A stretch of 63,287 nt of DNA, counting the filler, from Octopus bimaculoides (Eukaryota): assembly GCF_001194135.2 (NCBI RefSeq). It is 6 parts of 4 records of this genome, joined end to end, with 100 filler letters (N's around TTAATTAATTAA, not from the genome) between each part and the next. Parts side by side here need not be neighbours in the genome. Positions count along the whole stretch, not along the records: positions 50,476 to 54,245 come from NC_068995.1; positions 54,346 to 60,165 come from NC_068982.1; positions 60,266 to 63,287 come from NW_026432425.1; 3 more parts are not named here. One strand, 5' to 3'. Every line of letters starts with the position of its first letter. Positions within the stretch are counted from its first letter, which is position 1. The position numbers were made by a program, and so were the translations under genes. The notes below the pieces were generated by a model. The model was not told the origin of the DNA, did no database searches, and was given only the letters and a program-made list of their open reading frames with translations. Shown here piece after piece: positions 50,476 through 62,030 of the stretch.

Positions 50476-51190
50476 TGAAAAATCCTGCAAATTCCTAATT
50501 GGATAACCATCTGGGACCGTTAGAGCATTGAGTCACCGATAGTCTCCCACCTTCGGACGAAAGTCAGAATCACCTTTTCGTGCCAAATGAAGGGGAGATG
50601 CCAATGGGCTGGTGGAGGGGCGTATCAGGCCGAGTTGAAGCATGTGTTCAAACTCAGCCTTAGCCGTCTTAAGGCGGTCCGGTGCGAAAAAACAGGCGGC
50701 CCAGTTGTTTTGATATAATGGAGGGGTGGAATGAGCGGGCTTTGCCGGCTTAAAAGTTATGTCCATCAGCTCGGGAAAGGAAGCTAGAAGCGAATGAAAA
50801 ACATCTCCAGCAGTGGCAATAAAAACCGCTGGGCTTAGAGTTGAGTTAGTAGAGCCCTTTGCCAGCGTAAAGAGGGATGTCGAATTGTTGACAAGCCTCC
50901 GACGCCGAACATCTACCCACAAGTTAAAATGATTCAAAAAGTCCGCACCCAAAATAGGATGCGGAATGTCAGCTATGACAAAACCCCATTGAAAATCTCT
51001 ACGAAGACCAATGTCTAGGCGTAGAGAAAGCTGACCAAATGTATTTATTGGGGAGGAATCAATTGCATGCAACACTATAAGCAAATGCTTATATTTGTCA
51101 GTAGTAAAGCGAAGAGGCCAAATACTACAGCACGACTCGGTATCAATCATGGAGGACTTCTTCGACACCTAGTCCTGGACAAAAATTGCA
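50476..51190 (-). pseudogene. pol: Gypsy pol: aspartic protease and RT N-terminus (disabled)
   Basis: IDTESCCSIWP (DTG site altered)...FVIADIPHPILGADFLNHFNLWVDVRRRRL; GLIRPSTSPLASPLHL..K....GDYR*. Confidence 0.88.
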
Positions 51191-51229
51191 CGATGAAAAG
51201 TAAGTGCAGAGGAAGAAACAGACGTGCTC

Positions 51230-52038
51230 AGTTTCTTCCTTGGAAGTTTTCCGAAACTTTAAAGGAGCATGGTTGGATGCATTTGCGTGCCTTTTCAGCG
51301 AATTTCGTATGATACCAGTACATATCAGGTTGTGTCCTAGAAGTCGAATGACTACGAGATCTGCTACGAGAGCGTGAAGAAGACCGCTTAGAACGGCACA
51401 GATCATTCGCCCGACGCGTAAGTTCTTCCAGTTTGTCAGCAAAAACATCATAGGAGGGAGAGGATTTATGTGAGGCAATTGATGAAACCTNNNNNNNNNN
51501 TCAGCAAAAACATCATAGGAGGGAGAGGATTTATGTGAGGCAATTGATGAAACCTCAGAAGAGAGACAGCCGTGTGCTGGCTGAGCAGAAAATTCAAGAA
51601 TCTTGTCCGCCATGGTGGCGACTTGATCAACCGTGTTGGCGTCAAGCGCCGTCGCCAAAATTGTATGCACGTGAGACGGTAAATCTTACGAAGGAGAGGG
51701 GCGTCAGTCCTCTCACCGCTCAACTCCCTAAGGTGGCGTAAAAATTCTGAAGGTGTCCTGTCACCTAATTCTTCATCAGCCATCAGCTCATTAAATCTGC
51801 TTTCGGCAGACTTCGTGTTGCGTCGCAAAATTTCTGCCTTTACAGACGCATAAGTGGCGTCTGGGTTCGGGGATGTAATTAGATCTCTAGCAGATGTTGC
51901 AAGCTGTGTTGGTAGACTACAACAAAGGAATTTTAGTTGATTCGATGGAGAAATTCCATATGCATCAAAGTGAGCCTCTAGTTGAGCGAACCATAAGATG
52001 GCATCACCAGTGAATTGAGGTAACATGTGTGAGGGCAT
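51230..52038 (-). pseudogene. gag: Gypsy gag (frameshifted)
   Basis: LPQFTGDAILWFAQLEAHF...LGDRTPSEFLRHLREL; continues in another frame ILATALDANTVDQVATMADKILE; RS-rich linker and WYHTKFAEKARKCIQPC knuckle. Confidence 0.88.
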
Positions 52039-52811
52039 ATTTGTTCGAGAATGATTCCGTCAAAGTGAAAGGAAAGAAAAGAAACAAGGAACAAAATTTT
52101 CTCGATACGAGGACACAAAAAAAACAAAGCCGATGATAAGAAACAATAATTTTGTTGTTGTTCTTGTTTTGTGTGTTGAAACAACAGTGTGNNNNNNNNN
52201 NNNNNNNNNNNNNNNNNNNNNNNNNNNNNNNNNNNNNNNNNNNNNNNNNNNNNNNNNNNNNNNNNNNNNNNNNNNNNNNNNNNNNNNNNNNNNNNNNNNN
52301 NNNNNNNNNNNNNNNNNNNNNNNNNNNNNNNNNNNNNNNNNNNNNNNNNNNNNNNNNNNNNNNNNNNNNNNNNNNNNNNNNNNNNNNNNNNNNNNNNNNN
52401 NNNNNNNNNNNNNNNNNNNNNNNNNNNNNNNNNNNNNNNNNNNNNNNNNNNNNNNNNNNNNNNNNNNNNNNNNNNNNNNNNNNNNNNNNNNNNNNNNNNN
52501 NNNNNNNNNNNNNNNNNNNNNNNNNNNNNNNNNNNNNNNNNNNNNNNNNNNNNNNNNNNNNNNNNNNNNNNNNNNNNNNNNNNNNNNNNNNNNNNNNNNN
52601 NNNNNNNNNNNNNNNNNNNNNNNNNNNNNNNNNNNNNNNNNNNNNNNNNNNNNNNNNNNNNNNNNNNNNNNNNNNNNNNNNNNNNNNNNNNNNNNNNNNN
52701 NNNNNNNNNNNNNNNNNNNNNNNNNNNNNNNNNNNNNCGTGACAAATTATTTTACCGTCGTCTCTTCCCGGTTGACGAGTTGTGAGAGAGAAAATTTCGT
52801 ATTCTGTACTT

Positions 52812-52821
52812 GGGGTCACCA
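52812..52821 (-). promoter_or_regulatory. Primer-binding site complementary to the tRNA-Trp 3' end
   Basis: Minus strand ...ttttaCA c TGGTGACCCC immediately after the LTR. Confidence 0.8.
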
Positions 52822-52822
52822 G

Positions 52823-53218
52823 TGTAAAAGGTTGATAGTTACAATAGAGACATTAGTCTCTCTCTATCACCTTTCAACAAAATTATATATTAAGAAACAG
52901 TAGAACAATTAACAACATAATAAAAATAAGTTTTATTTTTGGTGATGCTTGGTTTTACAAATCCTGTGTTATTCAGCCTGGCAGCCGCCGGTTTACGTGT
53001 AATCTGCATTGGAAGGTTAAAAGCTTCGTTGAGGCATCTGAAAGGAGCAAGTTGTTACATCGAAGTCATCGTGCTAAAGAGAGTTAGAAAACGAAAGAAG
53101 CGCTTTAAGTACTGGTTTTACTATGCATGCGCATTCGAGGGGCTTCCGGGAAGGCAAGTCACTTGCGCATGCGTAGATTGTACTTCCTTAATGGCGGCCA
53201 TAATTTCGTGCCACTACA
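52823..53218 (-). repeat. 5' LTR (~396 bp)
   Basis: Minus strand starts TGTAGTGG at 53218 and ends ...TTTACA at 52823, next to the PBS; the partner LTR is not in view, so the outer boundary is inferred. Confidence 0.7.
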
Positions 53219-54429
53219 CCCCTCTGTGTTCGGGCCGTAGTGCCTAATAAAGATATTAGACTGAATTTGGTTTCTGACTCGTACGTTCGAACATCGGTTT
53301 TAACTGCTATCAACTCAGTCAAGATACTCGCTTGTACGAATAGCGGTTTTCACTGCTATCAACCGAGCTAAACTAATACTGTGATGTTAATCACGCAAAT
53401 GTGTTTTCTCTGCGTATAACTCGTAGCTGGTTATACAAATTTGTAATGTAGGGATATATTTCGATGTCCGCTCAACACAGTATCATTTATACTAAATAAA
53501 TGAAGTTATACTCAGATTACCGAGTCTCTGCAGTTTATTCAAATCCAACAGACCAACTCACTACGACAGGATACATATCCACTACACCAACAATTCCATT
53601 TGCCAAAGTGCAAGAATCCATAGATAACACATCCAACTATGCAAGTGGACAAGGAGATGACCCAAAGTTCCGAAAGGCAATAAAACTGCATTTTATCAAA
53701 AAATACTCACCAAAACAAATTATGAACATTACATACTTATCTCACGCAGATACTGTACCCAGTTAATGTTCTCCAAAAATACGACGGGGGAGAAATAATG
53801 TGAGTACTTGAATACTCTAGTTTGGCCCTCTCCAAACGTATCATTTTGAAATCAATCAACACTGGAGAAAATGTATATTTTAATTGGACTTCGGACTTTT
53901 TAGATTTATTCCATACTTTTATAACTTTCTCTCCTGAAAATGTAATGTGTATGTTTACAAATATGTTAATCTATATCTATATAGCTGAGTTTGTGAGTGT
54001 GTGTGTTTCATCTATAGAAATCCACTTTTTCGTAAAAATTTTTACATCAATGGAATTTTCTCGATGTGAACTTTCCAGTGCAGTAATTAGATTTTTAAAA
54101 TTCCGTTTACTTTGTGTGATTTAAGGGAGATTTGGCTGTTGTTTCTAGCAACTTTTATATTTCTTCCCTTCTACCTGGAACAGCGTTCTTACACACGCGC
54201 TCAACATATAATATATTTAGAGTAAGAGAGAGAGAGAGAGAGAGANNNNNNNNNNNNNNNNNNNNNNNNNNNNNNNNNNNNNNNNNNNNTTAATTAATTA
54301 ANNNNNNNNNNNNNNNNNNNNNNNNNNNNNNNNNNNNNNNNNNNNATATATATATATATATATATATATAGAAAATTACTATTTTTAAATCTCACAACGA
54401 GAGATATTCAGCAACAGTACTTTGGAGTA

Positions 54430-54790
54430 AAGATTGCTTGCCAACATAAAATAGCAGTCCTGGTTTAGGACGAATGTTGCTGTAATTTAGCCGCAGGAGA
54501 TATCGTCTCCAGCTGGCTATACGACACGATCTGTGTCCATTTGTTTTCGAACAAGGGAATCTAGCACCCCCACTCAACTCAAAACAATATCTGTATATCG
54601 CGATTTCCGGGTTATTTCCCTTCATCAGCACAGAATAATTTGAACTGAGTGGGGGTTCTTGATTCCCTTGTTCGAAAACAAAAGGACACAGATCGTGTCG
54701 TATAGCCATCTGGAGACGTTGTTTCCTGGAGATAAATTACAGCAATATTCGTCCTAAATCAGGACTGCCATGCTATGTTGGCAAACAATC

Positions 54791-54792
<2 letters not shown>
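54430..54792. repeat. Long imperfect inverted repeat (arms 54430-54583 and 54639-54792)
   Basis: e.g. tatacgacacgatctgtgtcc / ggacacagatcgtgtcgtata and ttttcgaacaagggaatc / gattcccttgttcgaaaa; scattered substitutions and small indels. Confidence 0.92.
54590..54634 (-). ncRNA. Apparently intact type-I minimal hammerhead HH11
   Basis: tctgtg-CTGATGA-a ggg aaataa ccc g-GAAA-T-CGCG-A-TA-tacaga: 6-bp stem I, full core, palindromic loop 3, AUA cleavage triplet. Confidence 0.72.
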
Positions 54793-54832
<40 letters not shown>

Positions 54833-55514
54833 TCTTTTATATACATATGAAGAGAGCGTGAGAGGAAAGTAGAAAGAACAAGAGAGGATGAAGAAACGAA
54901 AGAGCTATATAATTATTCTTACATGAGTGTTTATGTATGCATATATATATATGTGTGTGTGTCTGTGTACGTACATATATGTGTAGATATATATGTATTT
55001 ATGTGTGAATATATATGTTTATATATATGTGTTTGTAAAGGGAGCTGTGTGTAAGGTAGCTATGTGTATATAATGTGTGTGTATGTATATATATATATAT
55101 ATNNNNNNNNNNNNNNNNNNNNNNNNNNNNNNNNNNNNNNNNNTATATATATTGTTGCGTTGGAACCTGTTGCATTACTCAAGCCAAACTAAACAACCAT
55201 AAAACCAAGTCGTAAAAAGCCACAAAAATAGCTACTTTGATCGCGTAAGAAATACACAATAGGTTCACTTAATAGACAAAGCTTGTTTAACGTTCACTTG
55301 TGGGACTTTCTAAATAGAGAGAACAATTGTTTGCTGGTATGATAAAAATAACTGATTTTCTTAAAGGTGTTTATTTGGTGATATTTTGTATTTTTCCCAA
55401 GGGAAATCGTTTTGCTCATTTTGTATTAAAATATCGACAAAGATTAAAGTTTACACTTAATTTTCATCGTTAAGCCACTTTTTCCTTCGACCCCCTACTT
55501 CGCTACTTTGGATG

Positions 55515-55760
55515 CCCTCTTCTTCTTCTTCTTCTTCTTCTTCTTCTTCTTCTTCTTCTTCTTCTTCTTCTTCTTCTTCACTTCATCGTCGTCGTCGTCT
55601 TTATTTGTTTTCCCCTTTCATCTACTTCTTCGTCTTTTCTTCTCCCCTTCTTCGTCTTCTCTTCTCCCCTTTCTTCTTTTTCTTCTTCTTCTTCTTCTTC
55701 TTCTTCTTCTTCTTCTTCTTCTTCTTCTTCTTCTTCTCCTTCTTCTCCTCCTCTTTCTTC
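55515..55760. repeat. (CTT)n trinucleotide microsatellite complex
   Basis: Two long perfect (ttc)n runs with degenerate flanks; explains the poly-F/S/L ORFs. Confidence 0.95.
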
Positions 55761-56330
55761 TCATTCACTCTACCCCTTCACTCTCTTTCTCTCCTGTCTT
55801 ATTTTCTCTTTTCTTGTGCTATTTTTGAAAGCTGTCAGTTTGATTTTTTCTTTTTCTTTTCAACCAGTAAACATTCTCACACATTGATCCATATACCTAT
55901 AAATATCTATAGAAAACCACTCCAAATCAAAAACGCATCAATACACACATCTCACAAACTTTAATATATCTTATATAGCACTCAACTCTAGTGTCCCCTC
56001 CAAATATATCATAACATCCATTTTCTCCGCCTCCCCCCCTCTCTCTCTCTCTCTCTGCAATCTCCACAGTCTTGTAAGTGGTGAATTCTTAATAGACTCT
56101 CATGAAAGTGCATCTCCCTCGAGACATAACAGGGTGTTATGATATAAATGACCCAATATCAAAATTCGGTGACGGATTCCCATATTTTGAAGAATACGCA
56201 TTACATTTCATTTCATACATCAATAAACACCTTAACTACCATCTATAGGCACCGAGTTGGCAGAAATTTTACTGGGGTCGACAAAATGCTTAGCGACATG
56301 TATTTAGGCTCTTTACTTTCTGAGTCCATA

Positions 56331-56718
56331 GTGGAGGCGCAATGGCCCAGTGGTTAGGGCAGCGGACTCGCGGACATAGGATCGCAGTTTCGATTCCCAG
56401 ACCGGGCGTTGTGAGTGTTTATTGAGCGAAAACACTTAAAGCTCCACAGGGCTCCGGCAGGGGATGGTGGCTAACCCTGCTGTACTCTTCCACCACAACT
56501 TTCTCACTCTTACTTCCTGTTTCTGTTGTGCCTGTAATTCAAAGGGTCAGCCTTGTCACACTGTGTCACGCTGAATATCCCTGAGAACTACGTTAAGGGT
56601 ACTCGTGTCTGTGGAGTGCTCAGCCACTTGCACGTTAATTTCACGAGCAGGCTGTTCCGTTGATCGGATCAATTGGAATCCTCGATGTCGTAAGCGACGG
56701 AGTGCCAACAACAACAAC
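56331..56718 (+). mobile_element. SINE-C, full length, with TSD
   Basis: 13-bp TSD ttctgagtccata at 56318-56330 and 56719-56731; (CAA)n tail. Confidence 0.92.
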
Positions 56719-56984
56719 TTCTGAGTCCATATTTTGCTGAGATCGCGTTTGCCTTTTGGACTCGATAAAACAAGTACCTGGATCGATGTAATTGAGTTAC
56801 ATCCATCCCCTAACTTTTCTGGCCTTGTGCCAATATTTGTGAGAAATTTAGATATGATTTTCTCTAATGGTCTACAATTAGTTGTTTAATTGAATATTCG
56901 TACGTCGAAAGAGTTCTCACTGAATCAAAATTAAGCAATAACACTACATATTTTAATCTATTACAGCTATGTTTTTTTTCTCTT

Positions 56985-57169
56985 CTTTTATACTTTTACT
57001 AGTTTCAATCGCTAAACTGCAACCATGGAGGATTTAGTCAAACAACTTGCTCCCATTAATTCGTCCTTTTTGCCAAAGCGCTAAGTTAAGGGAACGAAAG
57101 TAAACCAACACCGGTTTTTAAACGGTGGTCGGAGATAAAGAGAAAGACATATGCATGCGTACGCATATA

Positions 57170-57215
<46 letters not shown>

Positions 57216-57390
57216 CACACACAGATATGTACGCACGACGAGCTTCACACAATTTCAGTTTACCAAGTTCACCCTCCACGTACTGATCGGCTGGGATCTT
57301 AATAGAAGGCACTTGCCCAAGGTACCACGCACTGAAAGTGAACCCGAAACAACACGGTTGAGAAGCGAACTTCTTAACCACATAGCTATA
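56985..57390 (-). mobile_element. Old, diverged SINE-A-like copy with internal (GT)n
   Basis: gcgctaagttaagggaacgaaagtaaaccaacaccgg and cacttgcccaaggtaccacgc...cttcttaaccacatagc. Confidence 0.65.
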
Positions 57391-58006
57391 TTATTTTTTT
57401 TTCTTTCTAATTCTATAACTAATATATGATTTGTATACGATCACCAGCCCCATTATGGATACGTATTTTAGTGAAAGAGCCTCAAGGTGGTCCCTAGACT
57501 TGCTGCAAGAGAACTGAAAGAACTTTGGCTCAGAATCAAAATATTGTTTTCTTGCCCTAGAATGCAGGACTAAATATTTTCTGGTGTTTAGTTACGCCCC
57601 TTTACGTCAAATACCGAAAAATACTGAGATTCAGCAATTTCGCATGTTACCTACTTATTTGTCGTCGTATGCTAGTAATGCGAGAAAACAGTAATGGTGC
57701 CGACTGACTCCATTTACTTAATAATAGAATTAATATTTAGGGACCTTTATGTTATTTCTAAATGTTTACTGTGTAAAGAAACGAACCATTCCTTTTCAAA
57801 TCGTTACCCAATTTGTACCCTATAGAAATGGGGTATCCACCACAATCACCTTAAAATATCTAGTTTTCTGTTTCAGTTGAAATATTGTCGGTGTCAAGTT
57901 TGCAATGTCACTATTTAGAAGACTATATAGAATGAATATTATGTACTACTATAATGACCGTACAAACACTGACCTTGAGAATAGTTAAAATACATCATCA
58001 TTACCG

Positions 58007-58037
<31 letters not shown>

Positions 58038-58393
58038 TATTGCAATCATTATTCATCAGTGTCAGTTCGTATAAGTAAGCTGTGGATATTTAAAGAGAAG
58101 AAATTATTTACTAAGGTACGTACGTGCGTACGAGTATCTTAATGCCTTAATACAAAACACATTTTTTACTTTGTATCATTTTCAACACACCGTACTGGTT
58201 TGACATTCACTACATACTTCTTTGTTGATTGTTAATGTTGGAGAGGTTTATCGCATTAATTATAAATCCAGTTATATTTTTATTTGAATTATTCTTATCT
58301 ATTTCTTATTTGAGTTTTATTTATTTTCGTTCGGAGAAACACTCCATGAACGTTAATGTTTTATTATTGTCTCTGTTTACAAGGAATCAATGC

Positions 58394-58465
<72 letters not shown>

Positions 58466-58611
58466 TCAATTTAGAAATTTGACAAGTGCCTGGTTATCAC
58501 ATACTCTTTGTAGTATTTGATGGTCAAACGGGTGTCGTCTGTTACTATTGATTTCCTAGATCAAAATGGACCTGGGGCTAAGCAATAACAATAAAAATAT
58601 TTAAAACACTA

Positions 58612-58720
58612 CTTTTATCATGCTGAAAACATCGGTTCTCCTCTGATCACCGAAGTTAAGTAACGTCGGGCCTAGTTAGTACTTAGATGGGTGATCGTTT
58701 CGGGAACCTACATACTGTAA
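58612..58720 (+). pseudogene. 5S rRNA pseudogene
   Basis: tgctgaaaacatcggttctcctctgatcaccgaagttaagtaacgtcgggcctagttagtacttagatgggtgatcg aligns colinearly with metazoan 5S rRNA (boxes A/C recognisable); ends diverged, single copy. Confidence 0.85.
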
Positions 58721-59214
58721 TCAAAACCTTTAGTTTCAGATGCTGGCGTGGCTGTGTGTGGTAAGAAGTTTGCTTCTCAACCATACAGTTCCGGATTCAA
58801 ACCCATTGCGTGACATCTGGGGCAAGCGTCTTCAGCAAAAGCGGTTCAGCAAAAGCCACGATGAACAGACATTATTTGTGCGGCACATCTCCTCTGCTAG
58901 TCTTTTAATCAACCTGCAGTTCTCCAGGTTTGAGAAAATGCCTACCTTTAAAAAAAAACAAAAAAAAAACGGTTACATTTTCTTGTTTGCATTACTTTTG
59001 CAATATTTACCATTTTACAAGATGATCGATCAAACCCTTGTTACTGGATTTCGTAAACGGAAACTGAAAGACGCACCTAGTAGCAGTGCTCCAGTATGGC
59101 CGCAGTCAAATGACTGAAACAAGTTAAAGAATAAAAGAATGTGTGTGCATATGTGTGTGTGCGTGTGCAAGTGTGTGAGTGTGTGTGTGTGTTTGCGTAT
59201 GTTTGTGTGTATGT

Positions 59215-59425
59215 GTGTGTGTGTGTTTGTCCCTGACCACCGCTTGACAATTGGTATTGTGTTTACGCTCTTGTAACTTCGCAGTTCGGCAAAAGACCTC
59301 AATAGAATAAGTAGTTTACAGAAAATAAGTACTGGGGTCGATTCATTCAAGTAAAAAAATTATTCAGAGCGGTGCCCCAGCATGGCCGCAGTCTCATGAT
59401 TGAAACAAGATAAAAGATAAAAGAT
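59215..59425 (+). mobile_element. SINE-A 3' half (5' pieces scattered at 58742-58835 and 59030-59140)
   Basis: cgcttgacaattggtattg...ccagcatggccgcagtc...gaaacaagataaaagataaaaga. Confidence 0.75.
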
Positions 59426-59448
59426 ATTTTCGTGTTCGGTGTCACTAG

Positions 59449-59556
59449 TACTCGATGTCGATGATGAGTGAGAAGCCGATCAAGAAGCAATGGCGTCTCC
59501 TCTTTCAACGTGGGACCGGCTTAAGATTAACAGCGCTACTCTGTCTTCCTGTGCTG
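59449..59556 (+). other. Candidate 108-nt coding exon (unassigned)
   Basis: ttttcgtgttcggtgtcactAG | ... ctg | GTGAGA; phase-0 frame open: YSMSMMSEKPIKKQWRLLFQRGTGLRLTALLCLPVL. Confidence 0.25.
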
Positions 59557-59989
59557 GTGAGATGAAAATAGAGATAAGAGATAGGAGATTAGAGAAGGTT
59601 GGGAAATCACTAAGAAAAGCTACAAAACATTAAAGAAACTAAATAAAAATCAAATAAAATAGACGTGTATATATACTCTATTTACTGTTTTACTTGTTTC
59701 AGTCATTTGACTGCGGCCATGCTGGACCACCGCTTTTAGTCGAGCAAATATGTAATGCACTGCCTAAATACCAATCTTGAGAAATTAGGCTTCCCAAAAC
59801 CAGAAAGGAAAAAGCTAATTCGAAGACTACAGATCTAATCTATCACTGGAACTATAAAGATATGTAAAACTTTCCAGAAGTTTATCATTTAAAATATACA
59901 TGTGCATGTCTAGATATGCAACTATATGCATGAGAATACATACATAAAACATACAAATCTGCTCATACATACATACATACATACATACA

Positions 59990-60022
<33 letters not shown>

Positions 60023-60264
60023 CCATACATACATACATACATACATACATACATAGCTACATACATACATATATACATACATACAAAAATACACTGTTGT
60101 TGATGTTGAAATCCCAATGAAGGAGCCTTGGAGCTAGGTTAGAAACCGATTCTTTCTCTATTGGCNNNNNNNNNNNNNNNNNNNNNNNNNNNNNNNNNNN
60201 NNNNNNNNNTTAATTAATTAANNNNNNNNNNNNNNNNNNNNNNNNNNNNNNNNNNNNNNNNNNN

Positions 60265-60510
60265 NGTGTGTGTGTATGTGTGTGTGTGTGTGTGTATTTG
60301 TGTGCCTGTGTTTGTTCCCCCGCCATCGTTTGACAACCGCTATTGGTGTGTTTACGTCCCCGTACATAAGCGGTTCGGCAAAAGAGCCCGATAGAATAAG
60401 TACTAGGCTTACAGAGAATAAGTCTTGGGGCCGAACTGTTCGACTGAAGGCGGTGCTCCAGCATGGCTGCCGTCAAATGACTGAAACATGTAAAAGAATA
60501 AAAGAATATA
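60265..60510 (+). mobile_element. SINE-A 3' half emerging from a gap
   Basis: cgtttgacaaccgctattgg...gtcaaatgactgaaacatgtaaaagaataaaag. Confidence 0.85.
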
Positions 60511-60710
60511 TATATATACAAGGTTCGCCAAAAGTCACCCAACAGTAAATCAAAATTCCATAAATACTATTTGTAATTCTGTATTGACTCGAATGGGAAA
60601 ATGTGTCGCTCAAGAAGGACTTCAGTTTGAACTATTTTCATGATGTTTCATATTCAGATGCTTTTATTTTATATTCATTCAGTTGTTAAACATAAATAAA
60701 TGTGTGTGCG

Positions 60711-61110
60711 TAGGCGCAGCTGTAGGTGTGTGGTAAGAATCCTGTTTCCCAGCCACGTGGTTCCGGGTTCAGTCCCACCGCGTGGCACCTTTGGCAAGTA
60801 TCTTCTGCTATAGCCTCGGGCCAACCAAAGCCCTGTGCGTGGATTTGGTAAGCAGAAACTGAAAGAAGTCAGTCGTAAATGTGTTTGTGTGTGTGTGTGT
60901 GTGTGTGTATCTTTGTGTTTGTCCCCCCTCGTCACTGCCTGATAACCGGTGTTGGTGTATTTACGTCCTCATAACTTTGCGTTTCGACATAAGAGATCAA
61001 TAGAATAAGTAGTGGGCTTTAAAAACAAACAAGTCTTGTGGTCGATTTGTTCGACTAAAACCCTTCAATGTAGTGATCCAGTTGGACCAGTCAAATGACT
61101 AAAACAAGTA
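60711..61110 (+). mobile_element. SINE-A, full length, diverged
   Basis: taggcgcagctgtaggtgtgtggtaag...ggttccgggttcagtccc...gtcaaatgactaaaacaagtaaaa. Confidence 0.85.
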
Positions 61111-62030
61111 AAAAAATATATACATACATACATATATGCACACACACACNNNNNNNNNNNNNNNNNNNNNNNNNNNNNNNNNNNNNNNNNNNNNNNNNNN
61201 NNNNNNNNNNNNNNNNNNNNNNNNNNNNNNNNNNNNNNNNNNNNNNNNNNNNNNNNNNNNNNNNNNNNNNNNNNNNNNNNNNNNNNNNNNNNNNNNNNNN
61301 NNNNNNNNNNNNNNNNNNNNNNNNNNNNNNNNNNNNNNTAACACTCAAGAACTTTGAGTATATATATATAAACGTATACTCATATATTTGATGGTAACAA
61401 TACCTGTCGCTAAACACACAAACGAAACACAAAATATAAAGCTGTCGTTAGTCCCGGCCCAGATATATTAAGAACAAAATACTGTTGATAATATGATGGA
61501 ACAGAACGCTTAACAGAAGGATTGTACGCGTGACTTATTTAATAAATATTAATTGCGCCGACTCGACTGTCAAAAGTCAAAAGCTGCCTCAGTGAACCAA
61601 ACTAATTCTCTAAAATATATAAATATAAATAAACAAATACACGAAATAATAAACAATATAAAAAAAATAAACGTGCTGTTTTTTGTACTGGATGAACCTA
61701 CGTCTGGGTACTTTACTGTTTAATTTTGTCTGTATACCTTTATTGCTAGATCAAGGTGTGTCAATTTTCTATCACTTTTTAGTACATTTAGTGCATATGA
61801 GTGTGCATATGTGTGTATACTTACGTGTATACATATATACGTGTTTGTGTGTGTATGAACATATGTATGTGTGTGTGTGCGTGCGTGTGCACATTTGTAC
61901 GTGTATGTGTGTGTATGAAAATATATTTTACTACATATGTATATATACATATATACATATATGTCTGCATATCTCAATATGTATAAATTTAGATAGATAG
62001 ATAGGCATATATGTATGTATATATGTATAT

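Larger units (their letters stand above)
50476..53218 (-). mobile_element. Ty3/Gypsy LTR retrotransposon, 5' portion (LTR-PBS-gag-PR-start of RT), cut by an assembly gap
   Basis: See the sub-features; RT motif GDYR*LNALTVPDGYPIRNLQDF runs into the gap at 50475. Confidence 0.92.

Noticed and set aside
53219-53230. Purine run (agagggg on the minus strand) just upstream of the Gypsy 5' LTR, suggesting a PPT and a tandem element
   Set aside because: Only 7 purines, and no integrase-like coding sequence recognisable upstream.
53500-53766. 88-aa T/P-rich ORF (YSNPTDQLTTTGYISTTPTIPF...) with a possible acceptor at ctgcAG
   Set aside because: Looks protein-like, but I recognise no homology and see no good donor; not supportable without BLAST or RNA-seq.
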